Below are positions 35,427 to 44,900 of a DNA stretch of 64,000 bases, piece by piece. Position numbers and translations under genes: made by a program. The notes below the pieces were generated by a model. That model saw nothing but the letters and a program-made list of their open reading frames with translations, ran no database searches and was not told the origin of the DNA. The DNA is from Myxococcota bacterium (GTDB lineage Bacteria; Myxococcota_A; UBA796; GCA-2862545), in contig JBCCQY010000031.1 of assembly GCA_039208735.1 (NCBI GenBank), positions 9,511 to 73,510 on the forward strand, in the 5' to 3' direction. Position 1 is the stretch's first letter; each line of letters begins with the position of its first letter.

Positions 35427-36740
35427 TCACCAGGTACAGCGGCGCAACCGGACCTCGCAACGCACGGTGACCTCGTCCTGATCCCGTAGCGTAAGGGTAC
35501 CGACAGGCACGTAGGCATCTTCGCCGTACTTGGCCTCGACGCGGTAACTCCCCGGGGGCACGGCCTGCAGGGACGGCACCGCACCGTCGGCGCCGAAGAG
35601 TCGAACCGCGGCATCGCCCTCGATGCGCACATAGGCCGCGGGCGGACGGGTCCCCACGACAATGCCCGTTCCGAGCAGCAGCAACGCGGCCAACGCCCCC
35701 GCCGCCGCGAAGGGCATCCATCGGGTGGTCGAAGCCCGCGACGGCACCTCAAAGGTCGCCCCGGACAGCTCACCGGTACCTGGCCGAGGCAGCGCCGAGA
35801 TGGGCGCTGAACGGCGACGTTTCTTTCGCGGCGACCGAGGTGCCAGGTCGGTCAAGCGCAACATCCATGCGGGCGACAGCGTCACGGTCTGCGCCGCAGC
35901 CGTCTCGAGGTCCGGTCCCTCGGGGCCCGCCCAGATCGACCATAGGGTTTCGCAGTCCGGCACGCGGTCCTCGACGTCAAGTTCCAATGCCGCTTCGATC
36001 GCTTCGACAATGCGATCGGGCACTTCGGGCCGCAACTCGTGGACGGGAATCCAGTGCCCCCCTGTGATGTCCGACAGCGTGGCGAACGCGTTTTCGTTCT
36101 GGAACGCGCGGCGCCCCGTCACCAGCTCGTAGAGGATCGCTCCCAGGGCGAACAGATCGTTGCGGGGATCCACCGTGCGCGCGTTCCGGATCTGCTCGGG
36201 CGCCATGTAGTTGGGCGTGACGAGCTGCGCTCCACTGCCGGTGAGCCCCGGTCGATGATCGCCCAACGTAGTGGCCAGCCCAAAGTCGACGATCCGCGGC
36301 TTCACGGTCTGATCGGTAACTTCAAGGAGGATGTTCCCTGGCTTGAGATCCCGGTGGACCATGTCTGCTCGATGGCCCGCCGCCACCCCAGCGAGGATGC
36401 CTGGCACCAATTGCTCCACCACGTCCAGATCGAGGCGGACTTTCGACAGCACCCGGGTGAGCGTCGGTCCGTGGACGTAGGCCATAAGCAGGCCCGGGCT
36501 GCCGCCCACATCGAGCACGTCCGTCACGTTGACGACATTGGGATGGCGCAATTGCGCATGGAGCCGCCCCCCTGCGATCAGGCGATCCTGCACCGAGGGG
36601 TGCGTGAGGTGGAGCACCTTGAGGGCGTGCAGGGTGTCGGAGGCGAGGTGACGCACCCGATACACGGTGGCCAAAGCTCCAGTTCCCAACGTCGCTTCTA
36701 CGCCGAAGCCTTCGACGTTCATTCCGGTGGCAAGTTCCAT
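35427..36740 (-). CDS. Hanks-type Ser/Thr protein kinase with TM and small extracytoplasmic domain
   Basis: ALKVL, HPNVV, HRDLKPGN, DFG, YMAPEQ, DLFALG; TM PFAAAGALAALLLLGTGIVVG. Confidence 0.93.
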   Translation of the reverse strand: MELATGMNVEGFGVEATLGTGALATVYRVRHLASDTLHALKVLHLTHPSVQDRLIAGGRLHAQLRHPNVVNVTDVLDVGGSPGLLMAYVHGPTLTRVLSKVRLDLDVVEQLVPGILAGVAAGHRADMVHRDLKPGNILLEVTDQTVKPRIVDFGLATTLGDHRPGLTGSGAQLVTPNYMAPEQIRNARTVDPRNDLFALGAILYELVTGRRAFQNENAFATLSDITGGHWIPVHELRPEVPDRIVEAIEAALELDVEDRVPDCETLWSIWAGPEGPDLETAAAQTVTLSPAWMLRLTDLAPRSPRKKRRRSAPISALPRPGTGELSGATFEVPSRASTTRWMPFAAAGALAALLLLGTGIVVGTRPPAAYVRIEGDAAVRLFGADGAVPSLQAVPPGSYRVEAKYGEDAYVPVGTLTLRDQDEVTVRCEVRLRRCTW

Positions 36741-36910
36741 GGTGTCTCTCAACCTCTCCGAACCGAGGCCGGCCCCAATCCATTGGACACCATTGCGAGC
36801 GATTGTGAACGTTTCAGCGGGGTCACATCCCCAATCTGCCAATCCATGACGTCATGATGCCGTTTTCGGTGTCATGATCGCAAGACGGAGGCGCGCCCTC
36901 TGGAGGAAGT

Positions 36911-37564
36911 GTGATGGGTGACGTGGAGAGCACCAAGGCTGGAATGGGGATCGGAACCCTTGGCGTGATGGTGGGCGTGCTTGCGCTGGTCGGCATGGCC
37001 GTGGCGAGCACGTTGGCCTGGCGAAATCAATCCGACGCAGAGGCCAGCATGGCGACCCTCACCGAGCTGCAAGCCCGGTGGACGCTGGCCCAGCGTGACC
37101 TCGAGGCGACGACCGCCGAGCTCGAGTCGATGAAGGCCGAGGGCGCCCAGTACGACGACGCCCGGAAGCGGACGGAGGTGGAACTCGCCGATCTCGGGGC
37201 GCAGGTCGAACGCCTGGAGAAAGAACTCGCCACCCTTCGCCGGCAGCTCCGCGCTCCCGCAAAAGCAAAGGCCACGCCGAAACTCCCTGAAGATGCTCCG
37301 GAGCTCGCAGAGGTAACGGCACTCCCCATCCTCGATGAAGCGTTGCTCGAGGAACTCGACAACGAAGATGGAGGCACGCCTCCACTCGCAAAGCTGGCGC
37401 CGACCAATCCCTTTGTGTTTCCAGACTCGGCCGCTGACGGACCCAAACCCGCGGTACTGGTGCCTCGGTCCCCTGACGCGGCGCCTTCAGCGTTCCTCGT
37501 GCCCACGCCTGACGCACCTCCGGCGGCCACCCTCACGCCCTCCGCCCCCACGACCACGCCGTGA
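36911..37564 (+). CDS. membrane-anchored coiled-coil protein with Pro-rich tail
   Basis: Single N-terminal TM, heptad repeats, low-complexity C-terminus. Confidence 0.65.
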   Translation: MMGDVESTKAGMGIGTLGVMVGVLALVGMAVASTLAWRNQSDAEASMATLTELQARWTLAQRDLEATTAELESMKAEGAQYDDARKRTEVELADLGAQVERLEKELATLRRQLRAPAKAKATPKLPEDAPELAEVTALPILDEALLEELDNEDGGTPPLAKLAPTNPFVFPDSAADGPKPAVLVPRSPDAAPSAFLVPTPDAPPAATLTPSAPTTTP

Positions 37565-37998
37565 CGCTTCCGTCGGACTTGGCGTCCCGCGGGCTGGTCG
37601 CACACCCGGAGGGAGGCTGGTTTCGCGAAACATGGCGTTCCACACTTTGTACCGTCATCGACTTCGCCCTCGAATCCGGCACCTTCAGCGCGTGGCACCG
37701 CGTCCGGGGGGCAGACGAAGTGTGGACCTACGTGCGCGGCTGCCCGCTGCGCCTCCATGTGATCCACCCCGACGGGCGCTACGAAACGCTGGTGCTCAAC
37801 GATGAGCGGTCGAGTGCGGTGGTCCCCGCCGATGCCTGGCAAGCCGCAGAACCCGTCGGGACAGCCGCTCCCTACGTACTCGTGACGTGCACGGTGAGTC
37901 CTCCGTTTGCGTTCGACCGATTCGACCTGGCCGATGCGACCCTCGCTCGGTCGTTCCCAAACCATGCTCCCGTCATTGACAGGTTCTTACCTGGCTAG
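37561..37998 (+). CDS. cupin domain protein (DUF985/Cupin_5 family)
   Basis: LVAHPEGGWFRETW, SAWHRV..DEVW, VVPA..WQAA, LVTCTVSPPF.F..F. Confidence 0.9.
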   Translation: MTLPSDLASRGLVAHPEGGWFRETWRSTLCTVIDFALESGTFSAWHRVRGADEVWTYVRGCPLRLHVIHPDGRYETLVLNDERSSAVVPADAWQAAEPVGTAAPYVLVTCTVSPPFAFDRFDLADATLARSFPNHAPVIDRFLPG

Positions 37999-38672
37999 AA
38001 CGTGTGCAGCGTGCGGGGCAGGTGGTCACGTTCGTTGAACCGGTCGAGGGCGAAGATGTGACCGGTGCTCATCGCCCGGGATCGCACGACGACGAGGCCT
38101 GCATGGCCAAGCCGAAACCGCTCCCAAGACCACGGCACCGGTTCCACCCCCAAGAGGTGGCCCAACGAAGCGCCCGACGTTCCTGCGTGGCACACCACCA
38201 CCACCCGCAGCTCACGGGGCAAGTCACGCCAATGGGGCGGTTCCGTGGTCCGGGACGCGCCAAGCGATGTGAGTTCGGCGTTCCAGCCATCCGCGATTCG
38301 CTTGGTGAATGCACGGAGGTCTTCTCCGCCCGGCAACCCATGCCACCATTCATCAAGAGGACGTCCACGCATTCCGCCGATGCGTTGACGGATCTCGGCC
38401 CGGGTGAGGCCTTCCAGATCGGTGGGCTGTGCCTCGAGGAGCCAATCGAGCGTGCGTACAGGCACGTCGAGGCGTTCGATGAGCGGTTCTGCGGTCTGCT
38501 GGGCCCGCAACGCAGGCGAGACCCAGATCGCATCGACCTCCGGCCAGTTCTCGGCCCGCTCCGCAAGCCGGGCCGCCTGCTCGATTCCCCTATCGGTAAG
38601 CGCTGGATCCATGCGATGCCGACCTTCGGGCATCCAGTCAGGTTCCGCATGCCGTATGAGGCAGATGTCCAT
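37995..38672 (-). CDS. histidine phosphatase (phosphoglycerate mutase family)
   Basis: LIRHAE, LTDRGIEQA, SPALRAQQTA, VVCHAG. Confidence 0.9.
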   Translation of the reverse strand: MDICLIRHAEPDWMPEGRHRMDPALTDRGIEQAARLAERAENWPEVDAIWVSPALRAQQTAEPLIERLDVPVRTLDWLLEAQPTDLEGLTRAEIRQRIGGMRGRPLDEWWHGLPGGEDLRAFTKRIADGWNAELTSLGASRTTEPPHWRDLPRELRVVVVCHAGTSGASLGHLLGVEPVPWSWERFRLGHAGLVVVRSRAMSTGHIFALDRFNERDHLPRTLHTF

Positions 38673-38723
38673 GGCTCCTCCGCAGAACGTGGTTGCTACC
38701 AGGAACCCGCCGAGGCTCAGGAT

Positions 38724-39218
38724 TCAGCCCCCTTCCCACTCCACCGACGCCAATCGCCAGCTGTTGAACCCGTGGTTGTGGATGTGAAAACCGAGGCGTT
38801 CGGCACCTTCTACGCCTCGCGGCAACATGACATCAAACGGATGAACATCGGCCGGGGCGGGGATCGCGATCGTTGTTTCCCACACCACGACGTCGCCAAG
38901 CAAAATCGCGACGTGAGCGTCACCGGCCACGGCAGTATCGAGATCCTCGTGCCACACGGTCCCAAAGACCCGATCTCCTCGCCGCACCTCAACGATCAAC
39001 GGCTGCTCGAACGCGCCGTAGTGGCAAGCGCCCGTCTGTACCTCGAAGCCTCCCGATTCGGGCCCGTAGGTCGCAACGGGGCAGGTTGGGTCGTCGGGAC
39101 GATGGTCGATGAACGGGTCAACCTCGGCCGGCATCCACGCCCACGCCGCCGGGTCGTCGAGGCGCATCGGTGGTCCAACGTCGGACGCACACCCCCAAAA
39201 GGCGAGCAGCAGCATCAT
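38724..39218 (-). CDS. hypothetical lipoprotein with His-rich motifs
   Basis: MMLLLAFWGC; WHEDL, AH and FHIHNHG motifs. Confidence 0.6.
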   Translation of the reverse strand: MMLLLAFWGCASDVGPPMRLDDPAAWAWMPAEVDPFIDHRPDDPTCPVATYGPESGGFEVQTGACHYGAFEQPLIVEVRRGDRVFGTVWHEDLDTAVAGDAHVAILLGDVVVWETTIAIPAPADVHPFDVMLPRGVEGAERLGFHIHNHGFNSWRLASVEWEGG

Positions 39219-39312
39219 CCGATCACCGAGTGCATTCGGACCTCCGCAGGTTTCATAGACGGGGTGTGTGGAGCGGATATGGAGCCCGCGGTTCGCGTCT
39301 GGAGGTCTTCCC

Positions 39313-40266
39313 GTGCCCCTCGCCACTGAACCCACGCTCCCTCACATCGGCCACGCCCTGGCCCGCCTCGATGACTTTGGAGCCCACGACATTAGCGCGG
39401 CAGTGGTGATCGACGTCGAGGGTCACCCCATCCTTGGCGCCGTGTCCGACGAAGGACGGATCGTCGCGTTCGTGCCGCTCGAGCCAGATGCGGGTCTCGA
39501 ACCGCTTGGATTCGACCTTGGCACCGTAACCACGGGCATCGACGACAAGGAGATCGACCTCGAGGGGGTCACGGTGCACAACGGCGCGCTGGTGGCCATT
39601 GGATCGTTGTCGTTCAAGCGCCGTCGCGTCAAAGACAAGCACGATCTCGAAGAGGCGCTCGAACGCCTCGCCAAGGTGGGCAAAGCATCGGGTGGTAAGC
39701 GCACCCACAGCGATCATGCCTACGTCCTGCAACCCCGCCTCGATCATGGCCGCTTGACGGTCGACTTCGTGCGACGCATCGAAGTCCGCTCGCACCTGGC
39801 TGAGCTGCCGTTGCTCGCTCCCTTTGCGACCTTGCCCAGTAAAGACAACGGGCTCGACGTCGAGGGGCTCACCTTCCACGAAGGCTCTTTCTACCTGGGT
39901 TTGCGCGGACCCGTCCTCCGCGGCCAAGCCCTGTTGGTGCGCACCACGTCGGATTTCGAATCGCCTACGCTCCTCCCGCTCGGCCTCGACGGCTGGGGCA
40001 TTCGTGCGGTGACCCCACGCGGTCCTGGCGAGTTGTGGGTGGTCAGCGGACCCACGATGGCCCACCCCGGCCCGTTCACGCTTTGGCGAGTCGAACCTCA
40101 CGCCACGCCACGCCCTAAGGCCACCCGCATGGGGGAGCTTGCCGTGCCCGGCGCGGGCAAAGTGGAAACCGTGTTTGCCTATCGGGGCACGCTCCACATC
40201 TTGGTCGACGGGCTGGCCGGCGGCGACCCTCGAACCGTGCTTCGGTGCGACGCAGCGCTGGGGTAG
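39313..40266 (+). CDS. DUF3616-like beta-propeller protein
   Basis: EIDLEG, PSKDNGLDVEGL, LGLRGPVLRG, LGLDGWGIR, SGPTM. GTG start follows GGAGG. Confidence 0.75.
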   Translation: MPLATEPTLPHIGHALARLDDFGAHDISAAVVIDVEGHPILGAVSDEGRIVAFVPLEPDAGLEPLGFDLGTVTTGIDDKEIDLEGVTVHNGALVAIGSLSFKRRRVKDKHDLEEALERLAKVGKASGGKRTHSDHAYVLQPRLDHGRLTVDFVRRIEVRSHLAELPLLAPFATLPSKDNGLDVEGLTFHEGSFYLGLRGPVLRGQALLVRTTSDFESPTLLPLGLDGWGIRAVTPRGPGELWVVSGPTMAHPGPFTLWRVEPHATPRPKATRMGELAVPGAGKVETVFAYRGTLHILVDGLAGGDPRTVLRCDAALG

Positions 40267-40285
40267 CCTCCGCTCGGAGGAGCCC

Positions 40286-41170
40286 ATGACGACCTACTCG
40301 ATCGGCCTCGTGCTGACCATCGGATGTACCGACAGCCTTCCCGAAGAACAAGACTCGGCCGCCCTGGCCCCTGTGGTCGATCGGTTCACCAACGGCGAGC
40401 GTCTCGTCATCGCGCATCGCGGGGGGCGCGGCATCGGACCGGACCACACCATCGAGACCTTTCAGGCCGGCCTCGATCTGGGCACGGACGTGCTCGAACT
40501 CGATGTGCACACCTCGAGCGACGGTGAGGTCGTGGTCATCCACGACGACACCGTCGACCGCACCACAGAGGGCACCGGACGGGTCAACGACTTCACCTTA
40601 GCCGAACTCCAAGCGCTCGACGCCGGCTACACCTGGAGCCCCGATGGGGGGACCTCCTTTCCATTTCGCGGCAAGGGCCAGCGCATTCCCACCATGGCCG
40701 AGGTGTTCGAGGCCTTCCCCGACCACTGGTACGTCATTGAAATCAAGCAGGCCGATCCGCCCATGGTGGACCCCTTCCTCAAGATCCTCCAGACCTTTGG
40801 TCTCGAGCAACGCACCATCGTGGCCAGCTTCTCGGACGAGGTCATTCAGGCGGTGCGCGCATCGGAAACCGGCGTGCGCACCAGCTTTGGCGAGGGGGAA
40901 GCCACCGAGTTCGCCCTTATCGACCTTTCGGCCCTTGCGACCTACGATCCACCGGCCGAGGTGCTTCAATTGCCACCGACTGCCCTCGGGGGATTCGAAG
41001 TCATCAACGAGACGTTGATCGACAACGCCCGCCGGTTTGAGCTGCCCGTCCACGCCTTCACGATCAACGAGCGAGAAGAGATGGACCGGTTGCTCGCCTT
41101 GGGCGTGGATGGCCTGATCACCGACTGGCCCGATCGTGCCCGGGCCGCCATCGACGCGCTTAGCGAATGA
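40286..41170 (+). CDS. glycerophosphodiester phosphodiesterase, predicted lipoprotein
   Basis: IAHRGG, LELDVH, VVIHD.TVDRTT, IEIK, GVDGLITDWP. Confidence 0.93.
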   Translation: MTTYSIGLVLTIGCTDSLPEEQDSAALAPVVDRFTNGERLVIAHRGGRGIGPDHTIETFQAGLDLGTDVLELDVHTSSDGEVVVIHDDTVDRTTEGTGRVNDFTLAELQALDAGYTWSPDGGTSFPFRGKGQRIPTMAEVFEAFPDHWYVIEIKQADPPMVDPFLKILQTFGLEQRTIVASFSDEVIQAVRASETGVRTSFGEGEATEFALIDLSALATYDPPAEVLQLPPTALGGFEVINETLIDNARRFELPVHAFTINEREEMDRLLALGVDGLITDWPDRARAAIDALSE

Positions 41171-42536
41171 CCTGGGCCACCGAGATCGAAGGGTCTTTGC
41201 GCCAGGGCAGCCAAATCGAAAACGTCGACCCTGCTCCCATGGTGCTCTGGACCGTCAGATCGCCCCCCATGCCCCGGGTCATCTCCCGTCCGATGGCCAG
41301 TCCAAGGCCCGTGCCCCGCCGTTTGGGGGAGCCCGGGGAGTCCAGCTGAACGAACTTGTCGAACACCCGTTCGAGCTGATCTTCAGGAATGCCACGGCCG
41401 GTGTCCTGCACATCGATGCCAAGACCGATCACCCCTTGGCGCGACCGTGCTCCAGCCCGCACCAAGATTTGCCCTTGTTCCGTGAATTTGGCGGCATTGT
41501 TCACCAGGTTCACCAACACCTGGGTGAGCCGGGTCCGATCGGTCTGGATGGGCGGCAGGTTGGACTCAACCTCGATGCGCAGCTCATTTCCGTGTTCGAT
41601 GACGAGCGGGGCCACCGTGGTCGCGGCATGCTCAACCAGCTCGTTCACGCTCGCATCTTCGTAGATGTACTCCCAGGCTCCTGACTCCACTTTGGCGAGA
41701 TCAAGGATGTCGTTGATCATGGTGAGCAGGTACGAAGCGGCATTGAGGATGTGCTGCAGGTCCTCTCGGGCTTCGCGATGGTTCGGATCGAGGTCTTCGT
41801 GGACGAGTTCCGCGTAGCCAATCACCGCGTTCAGCGGCGTGCGAAGTTCGTGGCTCATGTTGGCGAGGAAGTAGCTTTTGGCGCGACTCGCTTGGTAGGC
41901 CCGTTCCTCGGCCGTGCGGCGGACCCGAACCTCGCGCTCGAGTTCCTCGGTTCGCTCTCGCACGCGCTCCTCAAGGTGGAGGCGAGCCTGCTGTAGTTCC
42001 TCTTCGCGTATGACCAACGCATCGACCGTACGAGCGTACAACGCCACCCAAAGGACGTTGAACAGCGAGGCGGTCGCCACCGTGACGAACGCCATCGTGC
42101 CCCCCACCAAGCCGTCGGGCGACAGGGGAACCGCGATACCGAGGCCCACGAGGGTCATCAGGTGCAACGCCACATTGAGGCGAACGGTACTGAACAGGTA
42201 GCCAGCACAGTACTGCACCAGAATCACGCCCACCACGCGGGTCAAGCTGAAGTCGTTGATCGCGGCCAGGACGATGATCCACTGGATGATGAGCTGGATC
42301 GACAAGAAGCTGAAAATCACCAGGTTTCGTCGAACGAAATCCGAAACGAACGACAAGGCCAATGGCGCGAACACGAACCCGGAGATGACCAACCGAACCC
42401 AGAGCGGGTCCCATTCGTCAGGTACGAGCAGCTGATACACCAACCAGAACGCGACCGTCAGCGTGCCTGCCGCCGGAAGTAAACTCCGGTGCAACCGTAC
42501 TTCTTCGTTGGAAAGGCGATCTTGAACACGCGTCAT
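41160..42536 (-). CDS. membrane-bound sensor histidine kinase (no response regulator nearby)
   Basis: About 6 TM; FLANMSHELRTPLN; N box NLVNNAAKFT; DTGRGI; GTGLGL. Confidence 0.95.
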   Translation of the reverse strand: MTRVQDRLSNEEVRLHRSLLPAAGTLTVAFWLVYQLLVPDEWDPLWVRLVISGFVFAPLALSFVSDFVRRNLVIFSFLSIQLIIQWIIVLAAINDFSLTRVVGVILVQYCAGYLFSTVRLNVALHLMTLVGLGIAVPLSPDGLVGGTMAFVTVATASLFNVLWVALYARTVDALVIREEELQQARLHLEERVRERTEELEREVRVRRTAEERAYQASRAKSYFLANMSHELRTPLNAVIGYAELVHEDLDPNHREAREDLQHILNAASYLLTMINDILDLAKVESGAWEYIYEDASVNELVEHAATTVAPLVIEHGNELRIEVESNLPPIQTDRTRLTQVLVNLVNNAAKFTEQGQILVRAGARSRQGVIGLGIDVQDTGRGIPEDQLERVFDKFVQLDSPGSPKRRGTGLGLAIGREMTRGMGGDLTVQSTMGAGSTFSIWLPWRKDPSISVAQVIR

Positions 42537-42576
42537 GGTTCGGTCGGCCGCAGCGGATTGGGCGAGGGGTCAGGTG

Positions 42577-43323
42577 TCAGGGCGCAGGGACCCTATCGGT
42601 CTTCAGAGCCTCCGACAGGAACAACGTGCCTCTACGAACATCGATGACAATGTCCACGGCACCGCTTCCCTTCCGAGCCCGAACAAAGTCGTCGCTGGCC
42701 TGGACCTCGTCAAATGTGAATCCGGTCAACTCGGCCCTTGCCCCTTCCGAAAGCAACGCATCGAGCCGCACTTCAACCCCGGGCGGAAGGGTGATGAACG
42801 CATCGCCGGTCACGTCGATCACCCAAACGTCGCCCGGTGCAGGCTCCCCACTGAGCACCAAACCGTCTTCGGTCGCGGTGAGCCGGCGATCCCCATCCCC
42901 TGCCCGCACCTCGATGCGGGGCGCCTCGATGGTCTGGTCGCCAGACAGCCCTTCGATCTGCACGTCTCCGTGCTCGACGACGGCCTGAACCGACAGCGCA
43001 TCGCCTCCCGTGATGCGAACATCGGTTCGCCGTTCGGGGTGACTCGCCGGCGCGTCAATGCGCACCGCGTCGAGCACCCGCTCGATCAACACCGGATCGG
43101 CTTCGTTGCGCTTCACCGCACGGCGCACGGTGCCCGCCGAGGCCGCGCGCTGGGCCACGACAGTAAGTTCCGCAGCCTTGCGCCCGTCGATCTGCAATGA
43201 CCCCCGGGTCAGGTTCGCCTCGACCACCGCGACCGAATCGGTCGGGAAGGACTGCTCGAATTGGTCGGCCGCGGATGCCCCGCAACCTCCGCCGATTCCG
43301 GCGATGAGGGCGACGCGCCACAT
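42577..43323 (-). CDS. lipoprotein, DUF4097/adhesin-like beta-solenoid
   Basis: MWRVALIAGIGGGC; repeated short beta units (HGDVQI, AGDGD, TGDAFITLP). Confidence 0.6.
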   Translation of the reverse strand: MWRVALIAGIGGGCGASAADQFEQSFPTDSVAVVEANLTRGSLQIDGRKAAELTVVAQRAASAGTVRRAVKRNEADPVLIERVLDAVRIDAPASHPERRTDVRITGGDALSVQAVVEHGDVQIEGLSGDQTIEAPRIEVRAGDGDRRLTATEDGLVLSGEPAPGDVWVIDVTGDAFITLPPGVEVRLDALLSEGARAELTGFTFDEVQASDDFVRARKGSGAVDIVIDVRRGTLFLSEALKTDRVPAP

Positions 43324-43381
43324 GACCCCTCCACCAGGGCGGCATATCCCGCGCCGCGCAGGTTGGGATAGGGAAGCCACC

Positions 43382-44884
43382 ATGCGTGACATCGCCGTTG
43401 TTGTGGTGCTAGCTGCAATCGTGTGGCTCGGGCTCGCCTTTCCGCTCGTGATGCCATTTCCCGAAACGGTGGATTGGCCAGGCCATCAGGTCCGCCATGC
43501 GTTGGCCCTGTCGCTTCACGAGGATTCCGTTCTCGCCGGACTCTACGCCGTCGAATGGCGCCCCATCCCCAACCTGGCCGGTGACCTCGCGATGATGCTA
43601 CTCGGCCCGATCTTCGGGGTGTCGATCGCGGGCCGGCTCCTGCTCGCCCTGGGCATGGCGGGATGGGTGGCCGCACCGTTGTTGCTGCAACGCGCCCTCT
43701 TTGGTCAAACCACCCTTTGGCCATTGGTCGCAAGCCTGTTCGTCTACAACGCCATTCTCTACATGGGCTTCGAGAACTTCTACCTCACGGCTCCGCTGGC
43801 GATGGCCGCATTCGCGGGGTGGGTCGCAACCGATGAAGAGGCATGGAACGGACGAAGGCTCGGACTCCTCGCCGTAGCAGCACAGCTGGTGTGGTTTGGG
43901 CACCTCGTGGTGTGGGGCGTGCTGGGCCTTTGGATCGGCAGCTACGAACTTGGCCGCCCCGGCGCCGACCTTCGCACACGCCTCACGCGCACCCTGGCCG
44001 CAGGGGCAATGTTCCTGCCCGGGGCCGTCCTGTTTGTCTGGCAGCAGATCGCAAGCCCGGCCACCCATGGCGGGGGCACGGTGTGGGCCGGTGCGGGATT
44101 TCAGAAACTCGGGTTGGTGCTGTCGCCCGTGTTGCAGTACCAGCCAAACCTCGACCTCACGATGCTGCTCGTGGTGCTGCCCTTGGTGGCCACCTTCACG
44201 CTGCTCGACGGATCCCCCCGCATCCACCGGCGAATGCAGTGGGTCGTGGCCATCATGGGGGTCGTCACGTTGCTGATGCCCGGGCGCCTGATGGGGGTGG
44301 GCTTCATGGACCAGCGGCTTCCCGCGATGTGGCTGGGTCTCTTGGTCGCCTCCACCGAGGTCACGTTCACCAAGCGCACGGTTGCGGTGGGGGTGGGCGC
44401 CCTCGTGGGCCTGGCATTGGTCACCCGGATCGGGACGACCTTTCAACGCTGGTCCAGGCATTCGGCGGAAACCGCCGAACTCCTCACCCTTCGCGACTAC
44501 CTTGAACCTGGACAACGGGTATTGCCAGCCGGTACCGACCGCATCGCGCACTACCACACGGCGTCGTGGCTCGTGCCCGAAGCCCGCGTGTTCCTGCCGA
44601 GCCTGTTTACGGGAGCCCACCTCTTGCAGGTCGACCCTGCGGTCGCTCCCTTGGATCACCCCACGCCGGCTCCCCCAAGTCGGGAGACCTTGCTCGAAGC
44701 CCGAAACCAACGGGGCCGGTTCGCGCCAGGCGGAGATCCCGCGGATCTCGTCTACCTGACCCACTGGTGGACGGACTTCGACCATCTGCTGTGGCTCGAT
44801 CCCGGCCCTCCGCCGTGGCCTCTCGAAACGGTGGCCAAAGGAAGCTGGTTCACGCTCTACCGGCTGCCCCCCGAAACGCCCTGA
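43382..44884 (+). CDS. multi-pass membrane protein, putative GT-C-fold glycosyltransferase
   Basis: About 11-12 TM; first outer loop PETVDWPGH with an acidic residue; PNLAGD; YN...MGFENF; soluble C-terminal domain; adjacent to sugar-pathway genes. Confidence 0.6.
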   Translation: MRDIAVVVVLAAIVWLGLAFPLVMPFPETVDWPGHQVRHALALSLHEDSVLAGLYAVEWRPIPNLAGDLAMMLLGPIFGVSIAGRLLLALGMAGWVAAPLLLQRALFGQTTLWPLVASLFVYNAILYMGFENFYLTAPLAMAAFAGWVATDEEAWNGRRLGLLAVAAQLVWFGHLVVWGVLGLWIGSYELGRPGADLRTRLTRTLAAGAMFLPGAVLFVWQQIASPATHGGGTVWAGAGFQKLGLVLSPVLQYQPNLDLTMLLVVLPLVATFTLLDGSPRIHRRMQWVVAIMGVVTLLMPGRLMGVGFMDQRLPAMWLGLLVASTEVTFTKRTVAVGVGALVGLALVTRIGTTFQRWSRHSAETAELLTLRDYLEPGQRVLPAGTDRIAHYHTASWLVPEARVFLPSLFTGAHLLQVDPAVAPLDHPTPAPPSRETLLEARNQRGRFAPGGDPADLVYLTHWWTDFDHLLWLDPGPPPWPLETVAKGSWFTLYRLPPETP

Positions 44885-44900
44885 TCTCGGAGCCTTACGC

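Noticed and set aside
38004..39329. 441-aa plus-strand ORF
   Set aside because: Antisense to the histidine phosphatase and the His-rich lipoprotein; no motifs.
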